In this document: in pieces, positions 53,634-61,505 of the stretch
Layout of the letters: each line of letters starts with the position of its first letter
How positions within the stretch are numbered: position 1 is the stretch's first letter
Source: Anaerolineales bacterium
Lineage (GTDB): Bacteria; Chloroflexota; Anaerolineae; Anaerolineales; UBA11579
Direction of reading: 5' to 3'
Length of the DNA: 64,000 nt
NCBI GenBank assembly: GCA_019454165.1
Contig: CP075367.1
Span: forward strand, 956,179-1,020,178
Program-made: the position numbers and the translations under genes
Notes under the pieces: generated by a model
Databases searched by the model: none
What the model was told of the DNA's origin: nothing
What the model saw: the letters and a program-made list of their open reading frames with translations, nothing else

Positions 53634-54521
53634 GTGGGTAACACGCTTCTATACCTCATTCCTGTATTCATTTGGGGCTCTACCTGGCTGGCGATAAAGT
53701 TTCAGTTGGGCGTAGTGCCGCCAGAACTTTCTGTGGCGTACCGCTTCCTGCTCGGCGCGCTGATCTTGTTTGCATATATCAAGTGGCGTGGGCTCAATTT
53801 GCGTTTCAGCCGTCGTGAGCATATGTTCATGGCCTTGCAAGGCCTGATGTTGTTCTCGCTCAACTATGTGATGGTGTATTTCTCGGAGATGTATGTCACC
53901 AGTGGCCTGGTGGCGGTGTTGTTCTCGGCTGTGATCATTCTTAACGTTGTGTTCGGCGCGATCTTTCTGGGCAACGCCGTGCAAGGGCGCGTGGTGGCCG
54001 GCGCGCTGGTTGGCGTGGTGGGGGTTGCGCTCATCTTCTGGCCGGAATTGCAAGATCTGCAGGTGGATAGCCTGCGGGCGCTGGGGATCGCGCTTGGGCT
54101 GTTCGCGGCGGTATCCGCTTCGCTGGGCAACATCGTCTCGGCTCGCAACCAACGCGCCCAGCTGCCCGTGATCCAGACCAACGCGTATGGCATGCTGTAC
54201 GGCTCGCTCGTGACCCTGGCCTTCGCCGTGCTGCGCGGCACGCAGTTCAGCTTTGATCCGTCCCTGAGCTATGTTGCTTCGCTGCTGTATCTGGCGCTGT
54301 TCGGCTCGGTGATCGCCTTCGGGAGTTACCTGACCCTGCTGGGCCGCATCGGCGCAGACCGGGCCGCGTATGTGAACGTGTTCGTGCCCGTGATCGCCTT
54401 GGCGCTCTCGGCCCTGTTCGAAGGTTTGGAGCTGGGTTGGTTTGAGTTTATGGGCGTGGCCTTGGTGCTGCTGGGCAACGCGATCGTGGTCAGCACCAAA
54501 CGGCTCAGCGCCAAGGCCTGA
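53634..54521 (+). CDS. EamA/DMT family transporter
   Basis: The GTG start follows GGAG. Ten TM segments in two EamA-like halves (IWGSTWLAIK...). Confidence 0.8.
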   Translation: MGNTLLYLIPVFIWGSTWLAIKFQLGVVPPELSVAYRFLLGALILFAYIKWRGLNLRFSRREHMFMALQGLMLFSLNYVMVYFSEMYVTSGLVAVLFSAVIILNVVFGAIFLGNAVQGRVVAGALVGVVGVALIFWPELQDLQVDSLRALGIALGLFAAVSASLGNIVSARNQRAQLPVIQTNAYGMLYGSLVTLAFAVLRGTQFSFDPSLSYVASLLYLALFGSVIAFGSYLTLLGRIGADRAAYVNVFVPVIALALSALFEGLELGWFEFMGVALVLLGNAIVVSTKRLSAKA

Positions 54522-54978
54522 GCCGCGGCAGCCAGCGCGGCACGGTTGATTTGTATCGGCGGTATGGCTCGCCGAAGCGCTGCTCCAGGCCCGGCTCCTC
54601 AGACAGCACGAAGTAGATGTGGTTGATGGTGACGAACACCACGCTCCATACCAGCAAGGCCACAGAACCAAAATAGATGGCTTCGCCCAATAGCATGGCG
54701 GCCACCCCGCTGATCATGGGATTGCGCACATAGCGGTACGGGCCGACCGCCACCAGCGCGGTGGTGGGGTCCCACGGCGCCAGCGTGCCGCGGCCCACGC
54801 GCACGAACAGGCTGACGCACCAGGCAAACAAGCTGAACCCGGCCGCGAAGACCAGCCCGCCGGCGGCCTGCTGCCACAGGGCCGGCTCGCCCGCGCCGAA
54901 CTGGCCCAGTAAATAGGCGGGAATGACCGCGGTGATCACAAAGGGCAGCAGCAAGACGGCCAACGTGTGGCGCAGCAT
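54505..54978 (-). CDS. Isoprenylcysteine carboxyl methyltransferase (ICMT/PEMT) family membrane protein
   Basis: GPYRYVRNPMISGVAAMLLGEA motif, 157 aa, 4 TM. Confidence 0.75.
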   Translation of the reverse strand: MLRHTLAVLLLPFVITAVIPAYLLGQFGAGEPALWQQAAGGLVFAAGFSLFAWCVSLFVRVGRGTLAPWDPTTALVAVGPYRYVRNPMISGVAAMLLGEAIYFGSVALLVWSVVFVTINHIYFVLSEEPGLEQRFGEPYRRYKSTVPRWLPRLRPWR

Positions 54979-54981
54979 GGG

Positions 54982-55956
54982 CTAATTATCGTCCAGCGGC
55001 TGGCCCAGCGCGGCGGGTGGGGCTGCCTGCAGCAGGCCGCGCAGCGGCCGCCGCAGGGCCGCCGGCGCCTGCGCCAGCAGCGGGGCGGCCAGCCGCCCGC
55101 TGACCAGCACCAGCACGAGGATCATGAGCAGCCACGGCACGGCGTTGAAGGCGACCAACGCCACCTGCGGAAAACTGCGCTGCAACACGGTGGCCAGCGC
55201 CTTGGTGGCGCCGAACAATACCGCGCCCAGCGCACCGCGCAGCGGCGACCAGCCGCCGAAGATCACGATGGCCAGGGCGATCCAGCCCATGCCGCGGGTG
55301 TGCCCCTCGGCCCAGCCGATCTTGACGTCGAGCGAATATGCCGCGCCGGCGATGCCCACCAGAGCGCCGCCCAGCACCGCATAGATGTAGCGCAGCTTGC
55401 GCACCGCCACGCCGCGCGTGAAGGCGGCCTCCGGCCGCTCGCCGGCGCTGCGCAGCTCCAGCCCGGCCCGCGTGCGGAACAAGAACCACCAGGTCGCCGC
55501 CACCAGCAGCAGGGCGAAATACACCACCGCATCCTGGCGAAACAAGATCGGGCCGAGCACCGGAACATCCTTGAGCACCGGAATGTGCCAGGCCGGCACG
55601 CTGGGGCCAGGCAGGCGGGTGTAGTTCTGGCCGAGGAAGGCGCTCAGGCTGTCGCCCAGCATGGCCAGCACAAAGCCGATCGCCACCTGGTTCTGACGCA
55701 GGTGCAGGCTGCCGAAGGCCACTATCAGCGCGAATATTGCGCCCACGGCCGCGGCGGCCAGGAAGCCGAGCAGCAGGCTGCCGGTCAGCAGGGCGGCCGC
55801 AAACCCGGCCAGCGCAGAGAGCAGCAGGCTGCCATCCAACGAGAGGTTGATGATGCCGGCCCGCTCGCTGATCGTCTCGCCGCATACGGCAATGATGAGC
55901 GGGGCGGACTGCAGCAGGATCGAGCCAAAAATGGCGATGAGTTGGGTGCTATCCAT
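54982..55956 (-). CDS. ABC transporter permease (BMP/nucleoside-sugar type)
   Basis: 324 aa, ~9 TM. It is the last gene of a four-gene operon with the BMP-family binding protein. Confidence 0.8.
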   Translation of the reverse strand: MDSTQLIAIFGSILLQSAPLIIAVCGETISERAGIINLSLDGSLLLSALAGFAAALLTGSLLLGFLAAAAVGAIFALIVAFGSLHLRQNQVAIGFVLAMLGDSLSAFLGQNYTRLPGPSVPAWHIPVLKDVPVLGPILFRQDAVVYFALLLVAATWWFLFRTRAGLELRSAGERPEAAFTRGVAVRKLRYIYAVLGGALVGIAGAAYSLDVKIGWAEGHTRGMGWIALAIVIFGGWSPLRGALGAVLFGATKALATVLQRSFPQVALVAFNAVPWLLMILVLVLVSGRLAAPLLAQAPAALRRPLRGLLQAAPPAALGQPLDDN

Positions 55957-57004
55957 CCGCTTGGCTCCTGCGCCGCCGGAAGGCGCGGCGCACGCGTTCG
56001 TAGTTGCCGAACAGCAGCACCAGCAGCACCAGCACGCCGGTCAATATGTCGCCCAGCGCCGAGTGCAGCTGCGTGCGCAGTTGCAGGGTGATGCTGCCAT
56101 TCAGTACGGCTGAGAAGAAAAAGGCCACCAGCGGCGTCAGCACTAGGCGGAAGCCGGCCAGCAGCACCACCATGAGAGCCAAGTAGCCGATGCCGCCGGA
56201 GATGCTTTGGCGCAGGCTATCGAACCAGCTCAGCACGCGCACGCCGCCGCCCAGCCCGGCCAGCGCACCGCACACCGCCATCGCCAGCAGCATCTCACGG
56301 TTGCTGGACACGCCCAGCAGGAAGGCCGAGCGGGCGTTCTGGCCCAACGCCTTGAGGCGCAAACCCCAGTGGCTGTTGGTCAGCACCAATGCCACCCCCG
56401 CGAACGCCACGACGGCCAGCGCCAGCGAGAGCAGGCTGAGGCGCGAATTCTCGAACAGGGGCAGCAGGGCGTGCGCGCCAAAAGGTTGCGTGCCACGGAA
56501 GCTGCCGCCCTCGGGCGGCTGCCAGGGGCCGGCGATCAGATAGTTGGTGAACAGGATCGCCAGGTTGTTGAGCGCCAGCCCGCCGAAGATCTCATGCACG
56601 CCGCCGCGCGTCTTTAATATGCCGGCCAGCGCCGCCCACAGGGCGCCGCCGGCCATGGCGGCCAGCAGCTCCAGCGGGATCTGCAGCCCGGCGGGCAGCT
56701 GCACCCGCAGGGCGACCCAACTGGCGGCGACCGCGCCCATGATGATCTGGCCCTCGATGCCAATATTCCACAGCCCGGCTTTGAAGGTGAGCAGCAGGCC
56801 GCTGGCCGCCAGCAAGAGGGGCACCAGGAAGGCGAGCACGCTGTACACGCGTGCGCTGGTGCCAAACGCGCCCTGCCACATGGCGCTGTAGGCGTCGATC
56901 GGCGAAGTGCCCATCGCCAGCAACAGCAGCGTGGTGACCAGCAGGGCGGCCAGCCCGGGCAGCAGCGGCCAGATGCGCTCCAGGCGCGGTTTGGGCTGGC
57001 TCAT
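55949..57004 (-). CDS. ABC transporter permease (BMP/nucleoside-sugar type)
   Basis: ATG 57004 overlaps the ATPase stop (ATGA). 351 aa, beginning MSQPKPRLERIWPLLPGLAALLV. Confidence 0.8.
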   Translation of the reverse strand: MSQPKPRLERIWPLLPGLAALLVTTLLLLAMGTSPIDAYSAMWQGAFGTSARVYSVLAFLVPLLLAASGLLLTFKAGLWNIGIEGQIIMGAVAASWVALRVQLPAGLQIPLELLAAMAGGALWAALAGILKTRGGVHEIFGGLALNNLAILFTNYLIAGPWQPPEGGSFRGTQPFGAHALLPLFENSRLSLLSLALAVVAFAGVALVLTNSHWGLRLKALGQNARSAFLLGVSSNREMLLAMAVCGALAGLGGGVRVLSWFDSLRQSISGGIGYLALMVVLLAGFRLVLTPLVAFFFSAVLNGSITLQLRTQLHSALGDILTGVLVLLVLLFGNYERVRRAFRRRRSQADG

Positions 57005-58458
57005 AGTGCGCCGCCGATCAGGTGGCCGAGCTCGTCCGCCGTGGTCTCGGCGGCGGGCACGCTGCGCAGCAGCCGCCCGCCGGAGAACACGGCGATCTGG
57101 TCGCTGCGGGCGGCGATCTCGTCCAGGTCGGCCGAGAGGAAGATGATGGCCGTGCCATCGGCACGGCGCCGGTCGAGCTGCTCCCAGATCCAATCCGTCG
57201 AGCGGATGTCCAGCCCGCGGGTGGGGTGCTCCATCAGGATCAGTTTCAGGTTCTGCGGCAGCATGGCGAACAGAAAGCGCTGCTGGTTGCCGCCGGATAG
57301 ATTTTCGATATAGGACTCAGGCTGGCCTACCACTTGGTAGGTGCTTATGTGTTGGGCGGCCAGTTGGCGGTTCTGTAGCCAATCCACCAGCAGGCCGTGG
57401 GCGTTGCTGACCAGGGCCATGTGCTCGGTCAGGGTCAGGCCGGCGATCAGGCCTTCCTCCAGGCGGCCGGCGGCCAGGTAGGCGACGCCGTGCTGCCGCG
57501 CCCGCGGGTAATCCCAGTCTGGCTGCGGCTCGCCGGCCAGCCGCAGGCTGCCGCCGCTCAGCGGCAGCAGCCCGGCGCAGGCGCGCAGCAGCAGCTCCTG
57601 CCCGCTGCCCTCCAGGCCGGCCAGGCCAAGCACCTGGCCGGCCTGCACGTGGAGGCTGACCGGCTCGAGCTCCAGACGCGGGGTGCGCGCGGAGACGTGC
57701 TGCAAGTCCAGCAGCACGTCTCCAGGCGCAGTTTGGCGGGCGGGCCGCGGGGCCAGCTCGTCGAACATCAAATCGACTAATTCCTGGTTGGGGCAGGGCA
57801 GCTGTTTGCCGCCCACCAGACGGCCTTTGCGTAGCACATAGGCGTAGTCGCACAGCTCTTGCACTTCGTCCAGTTTGTGGGATACCAAGATCAGGGTCTT
57901 GCCTTCTTCACGCGCCAGGGTGCGCATGGAGGCAAACAATAAGTCCTTTTGTTCGGCGCTGATGCCGGTGGTGGGTTCGTCCAGGATCAATACTTCGGCG
58001 CCGCCGGCCAGCAGGCGCAGCAGCTCCAGCTGCTGGCGCTCGCCCATGCTCAGCTCGCGGGTGTGCTCGTGCGGGTCAACCTGGAAGCCATAGCGCCCAG
58101 CCAACTGGGCTAACGCCTTGGCCGACTGTTGCGGGCGTTGGCCGTCATCGGCGCGGCCGAGCAAAAAATTCTCGAGCACGGTGAAGACCGGCACATCCAG
58201 CGGCTCCTGGTACAGCATGCCCACGCCAGCCGCCAGCGCCTGGCGTGGCGTGGCGAAATGCTGCACCACGCCGTTGAGGGCGATCTCGCCGCGGTCTGGC
58301 TGCTGATAGCCAGACAGAATTTTCATCAGCGTGCTTTTGCCCGCGCCGTTCTCACCCAGCAGGCCATAAATGCGCCCGGGCTCGAACTGTATGGAAATTT
58401 CATCGTTGGCAACCAGGCTGCCAAACTGTTTATGGATCGTGTTGAGGTGTACCTGCAT
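57001..58458 (-). CDS. ABC transporter ATP-binding protein, duplicated ATPase
   Basis: The first half has GENGAGKST, LSMGERQQLELLRLL and LILDEPT. The second half is degenerate with LSGGNQQRF. Confidence 0.9.
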   Translation of the reverse strand: MQVHLNTIHKQFGSLVANDEISIQFEPGRIYGLLGENGAGKSTLMKILSGYQQPDRGEIALNGVVQHFATPRQALAAGVGMLYQEPLDVPVFTVLENFLLGRADDGQRPQQSAKALAQLAGRYGFQVDPHEHTRELSMGERQQLELLRLLAGGAEVLILDEPTTGISAEQKDLLFASMRTLAREEGKTLILVSHKLDEVQELCDYAYVLRKGRLVGGKQLPCPNQELVDLMFDELAPRPARQTAPGDVLLDLQHVSARTPRLELEPVSLHVQAGQVLGLAGLEGSGQELLLRACAGLLPLSGGSLRLAGEPQPDWDYPRARQHGVAYLAAGRLEEGLIAGLTLTEHMALVSNAHGLLVDWLQNRQLAAQHISTYQVVGQPESYIENLSGGNQQRFLFAMLPQNLKLILMEHPTRGLDIRSTDWIWEQLDRRRADGTAIIFLSADLDEIAARSDQIAVFSGGRLLRSVPAAETTADELGHLIGGAL

Positions 58459-58539
58459 GATGAGTTAGCCCAGTAGACCAGAAAAAATCCGTGCTGGCTG
58501 CCGCAACTGCGGCAGCCAGCACGGTGGTCCTTGATGTGG

Positions 58540-59715
58540 CTACTGGCTGGGGCCTTGCATCCCTTCCAGCAGTTGGGGCAGATACCAGATCTCCTCATCG
58601 CTGCCGACTGCGCCGGCCGCGATGTAGGGCGTGCCGTTCTGCAGGTTGATGGGGCCGGTCCACACGGCCACTTCGCCGCTGGCCAGTTTGCTGATGTAAT
58701 CCGCCAGGTTGGCGGCGGCTTCCTCGCTCAGGCCGGGGCCGTTGAGCCAGCCCACGGAAGTGCTGTCAAGATCGCTCAGGTCATCCCAGTTGGGGCCGTT
58801 CCACAGCCAGCTCTGGCTCCATTCACCCTCGACCACCGCTTCGGCGATCGCAAGATAATCCGGGCCCCAGTTGAAGAAAGGCACACCCAGGCAGATGGCG
58901 GGCGCATTGTCGCAGGCGCCCAGGTAGTCGTATGGCACGGCCCACACCGTGGCGCCAGCGGCAGCCCGCTGGCCGGCCACGTTGATGGCTTCGGTGGTGT
59001 CGATACCGCTCAGCACTACGTCCACGCCGGTGTCGAGGAAGTTGGTGGTCACCTCGGTCGGGTCGCTGGTGACGCCGGGGATGTTGAACCAGAAGCCGAT
59101 CCAGCTCACGGTGAACTGCAGGTCATCGCCGCTCTCGCCGCGGTAGGTCTCGTAGCAGTGGCGGGCGCCCAGGTAGGCCGAGGCGGTGAGGCGCAGGGTC
59201 TCATGGTTGATCAGCGGGCCAACATAGCCCAGCTGGCCGGTTTGGGTGGTGAGCGCGGCGGCGCAGCCGGCGATGGCCTTCATCTCTTCCATGCGGCCCA
59301 TGACGTTGCTGAGGTTGGCCGGGGCTTCGCCGGTGAGGACGTCATCACCGGAGACGTTGACGAAGACCACATCCGGGTACTTGGCTGCCACGGTGGTGGT
59401 GTCCTCTTCGAACTCGTCCGAAGTGGTGAAGATCAGGGTGGCGCCCTGCGCCACCATCTCGTCCACCACGCCTTCCAGCGTGGCTTCCGGCTTGTCAGCC
59501 GGGTTGAGCAGATCGAACACGATCATCTCAGCGCCGGGCAGGTTCTCGACCACGTACTGCCCGCCCTCATAGTGCGCCTGGCTCCAGCCGTGATCATTCT
59601 GTGGGCCGACCAGGATCATGCCAAAGGTGAAGCCTTCCCCGCTGGGGCCAGCGCCACCGCAGGCCGCCAGAAGCAGGGCCGCCAAGGTGAGTAAAACAAT
59701 AAGTCGCTTATGCAT
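58540..59715 (-). CDS. BMP family (PnrA/Med-like) ABC substrate-binding lipoprotein
   Basis: MHKRLIVLLTLAALLLAAC lipobox. FGMILVGPQNDHGWSQAHYEG is typical of BMP-family binding proteins. Confidence 0.8.
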   Translation of the reverse strand: MHKRLIVLLTLAALLLAACGGAGPSGEGFTFGMILVGPQNDHGWSQAHYEGGQYVVENLPGAEMIVFDLLNPADKPEATLEGVVDEMVAQGATLIFTTSDEFEEDTTTVAAKYPDVVFVNVSGDDVLTGEAPANLSNVMGRMEEMKAIAGCAAALTTQTGQLGYVGPLINHETLRLTASAYLGARHCYETYRGESGDDLQFTVSWIGFWFNIPGVTSDPTEVTTNFLDTGVDVVLSGIDTTEAINVAGQRAAAGATVWAVPYDYLGACDNAPAICLGVPFFNWGPDYLAIAEAVVEGEWSQSWLWNGPNWDDLSDLDSTSVGWLNGPGLSEEAAANLADYISKLASGEVAVWTGPINLQNGTPYIAAGAVGSDEEIWYLPQLLEGMQGPSQ

Positions 59716-59970
59716 CGTTCCTCTTCCTCCACGAAGTAGTTAATGAAACCGAGAAAATAAAAAGCTGAGGGTAGGTGAGCTCGCTCTCGGGTCACCTCCT
59801 CAGCTTTGATGTGAATTATGGAAAAACAAACGTCCCATCAAGGTGATGGGACGTGATTCCGACTGTGGCTTACACTCCTCCCCGTGTAGCGGTTTCCAGG
59901 CCAGGGGAGCGTAGAAACCGTGCATGCGTCCTTATGGAGTGGGCGTATACATGGCGGTTGAGGGTGGTAA
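59716..59970 (-). promoter_or_regulatory. Long structured 5' leader with two terminator hairpins (riboswitch/attenuator candidate, class unidentified)
   Basis: On the minus strand, the candidate outer helix is CACTCC...GGAGTG (59936-59941 / 59873-59878). The inner stem is CGGTTTC...GAAACCG, with CTCCCC / GGGGAG pseudoknot potential. Next comes CGTCCCATC-loop-GATGGGACG + TTTGTTTTT (59821-59854), then AAAGCTGAGG...CCTCAGCTTT + TTATTTT (59751-59808). Confidence 0.45.
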
Positions 59971-59976
59971 GAGCCC

Positions 59977-60006
59977 AATATACAGGCAAATTGGTCGCCG
60001 AGTCAA
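59977..60006 (-). promoter_or_regulatory. Sigma-70-type promoter (TTGACT-18-TATATT) for the BMP transporter operon
   Basis: Minus strand: TTGACT (60006..60001), an 18-nt spacer, and TATATT (59982..59977). Confidence 0.55.
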
Positions 60007-60050
60007 GCATTTTGCGAAAATTGGTACAAAAGTGGGTCTAGAATGAGGCC

Positions 60051-61004
60051 ATGCCTCAAAATCGACCTGTTCTCGTTCTCGGCTGCGGCGTGTCAGGCTT
60101 GAGCAGCAGCATCCTGCTGCTGCAGGCCGGACACGCGGTCACCATCTGGGCGCGCGAGCTGCCGCCGCACACCACCTCCAACCAGGCGGCCGCGCTGTGG
60201 TTCCCGTACCTGGCGCATCCGATGGAGCGGGTTGGCCCGTGGGCCAGCCGCACGCTGGCCTACTTCAAGCAGCACCTGCTGCCAGACCCGGCCAGCGGCT
60301 GCCGCCCGACCCGTGTGCAGGACCTATACGCCCATCCGGTCGAGACGCCCTGGTGGGCAGGCGCGGTGGCAGCCTATCGCCGCCTGGCGGCGGATGAGCT
60401 GCCCGCCGGCTATGTGGACGGCTTCGAGACCGAGTCGGTCGTGATCGATACCAGCGTGTACATGGACTATTTGGTGGCCTGGTTTCGCCGCCTGGGCGGC
60501 GAGATCGTGCAGCGCGAGGTGACCGGCATCGAGGAAGCCACTGCCGAATGCAAATGGGTGGTGAACTGCACCGGCCTGGGCTCACGCCAGCTGTTTGGCG
60601 ATGAGAGCCTGCACCCGGTGCGCGGCCAAACCGTGAAGGTGCGCCTGAACGGAGTGGAGCACAGCATCCTGGATGACGAGGGGCCGAACGGGCTGGGCTA
60701 CATCATCCCGCGCAGCGCCGATATTGTGCTGGGCGGGACGGCCCAGGCGGCTGATTGGGACACTAACGTGCGCTCCGCAGACCAAGCCGAGATTTTGCGC
60801 AAGGCCGCCAACCTGCACCCCGCCTTTGGCGAGGTGCAGGTGTTGGCGGCCGGCGTGGGCTTGCGCCCCGTGCGCCACGAGGTGCGCCTGGAAGCGGAGC
60901 GCATCGGCGACGCGCTGGTCGTGCACAACTACGGCCACGGCGGGGCGGGCTTCACGCTGAGCTGGGGCTGCGCGGAAGAAACAAGGATGAAGGTGGAAGG
61001 ATGA
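60051..61004 (+). CDS. FAD-dependent D-amino-acid oxidase family protein
   Basis: VLVLGCGVSGLSSSILLLQAGHAVTIWA is the GxGxxG dinucleotide fold. AAALWFPY and C-terminal HNYGHGGAGFTLSWGCA are typical of DAAO. Confidence 0.85.
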   Translation: MPQNRPVLVLGCGVSGLSSSILLLQAGHAVTIWARELPPHTTSNQAAALWFPYLAHPMERVGPWASRTLAYFKQHLLPDPASGCRPTRVQDLYAHPVETPWWAGAVAAYRRLAADELPAGYVDGFETESVVIDTSVYMDYLVAWFRRLGGEIVQREVTGIEEATAECKWVVNCTGLGSRQLFGDESLHPVRGQTVKVRLNGVEHSILDDEGPNGLGYIIPRSADIVLGGTAQAADWDTNVRSADQAEILRKAANLHPAFGEVQVLAAGVGLRPVRHEVRLEAERIGDALVVHNYGHGGAGFTLSWGCAEETRMKVEG

Positions 61005-61016
61005 AGGATGAGGTGG
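60984..61016. repeat. GGATGAAGG-type simple repeat, left flank of the four-helix-bundle cassette
   Basis: AGGATGAAGGTGGAAGGATGAAGGATGAGGTGG. The DAAO stop codon (GGA-TGA) lies inside it. Confidence 0.8.
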
Positions 61017-61082
61017 GGGTAGCGCAAAATGAAGCAATAGAGCCGATACCTAAGCTGAGTCAGAGGGAGAGGTTATACAAGG

Positions 61083-61451
61083 ATGAGGAATGACAACAGC
61101 AATCCGCCAGACTTAAAGCAACGCACACGAACCTTCGCTATAAGGATCATCAGACTGTATGCGAGCTTGCCCAAAAGCACGGAAGCACAGGTGCTTGGTA
61201 AACAGCTGCTCAGAGCCGGAACCTCTGTTGGGGCTCAGTATGCAGAGGCTCAACGCGCCAAATCAAACAAAGATTTGATTACAAAAATCGAAGGCTCTCT
61301 TCAAGAGTTGGAGGAAGTGCTGTATTGGATCGATTTACTAACCGAGATGAATCTGGGCAATCCAGAAACACTTGCGGCTCTGAACAAGGAAACAAATGAA
61401 CTACTTGCCATCTTCGTTACGATTGTCAGACGAGTGAAGGCCAACCGCTAG
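61083..61451 (+). CDS. Four-helix-bundle protein (23S rRNA intervening-sequence protein family)
   Basis: LKQRTRTFAIRIIRLYASLPKSTEAQVLGKQLLRAGTSVGAQYAEAQRAKSNKDLITKIEGSLQELEEVLYWIDLL is the characteristic pattern of this family. The gene is much AT-richer than its flanks. Confidence 0.85.
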   Translation: MRNDNSNPPDLKQRTRTFAIRIIRLYASLPKSTEAQVLGKQLLRAGTSVGAQYAEAQRAKSNKDLITKIEGSLQELEEVLYWIDLLTEMNLGNPETLAALNKETNELLAIFVTIVRRVKANR

Positions 61452-61462
61452 AGTAAAGAAAA

Positions 61463-61505
61463 GGCGGAAGGAATTCATCCTTCCGCCTTCATCCTTCATC
61501 CTTTG
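61463..61505. repeat. Inverted copy of the GGATGAAGG repeat, right flank of the cassette (includes a hairpin)
   Basis: GGCGGAAGG-aattcat-CCTTCCGCC is followed by TTCATCCTTCATCCTTTG. The pckA stop (TCA on plus) lies inside it. Confidence 0.8.

Noticed and set aside
59868-59945. A purine (guanine/adenine) riboswitch call for the BMP operon leader.
   Set aside because: GGTTTCTAC resembles the J2/3 segment, but I could not build the P2/P3 helices or find the conserved loop-loop nucleotides. It is kept only as an unclassified structured leader.
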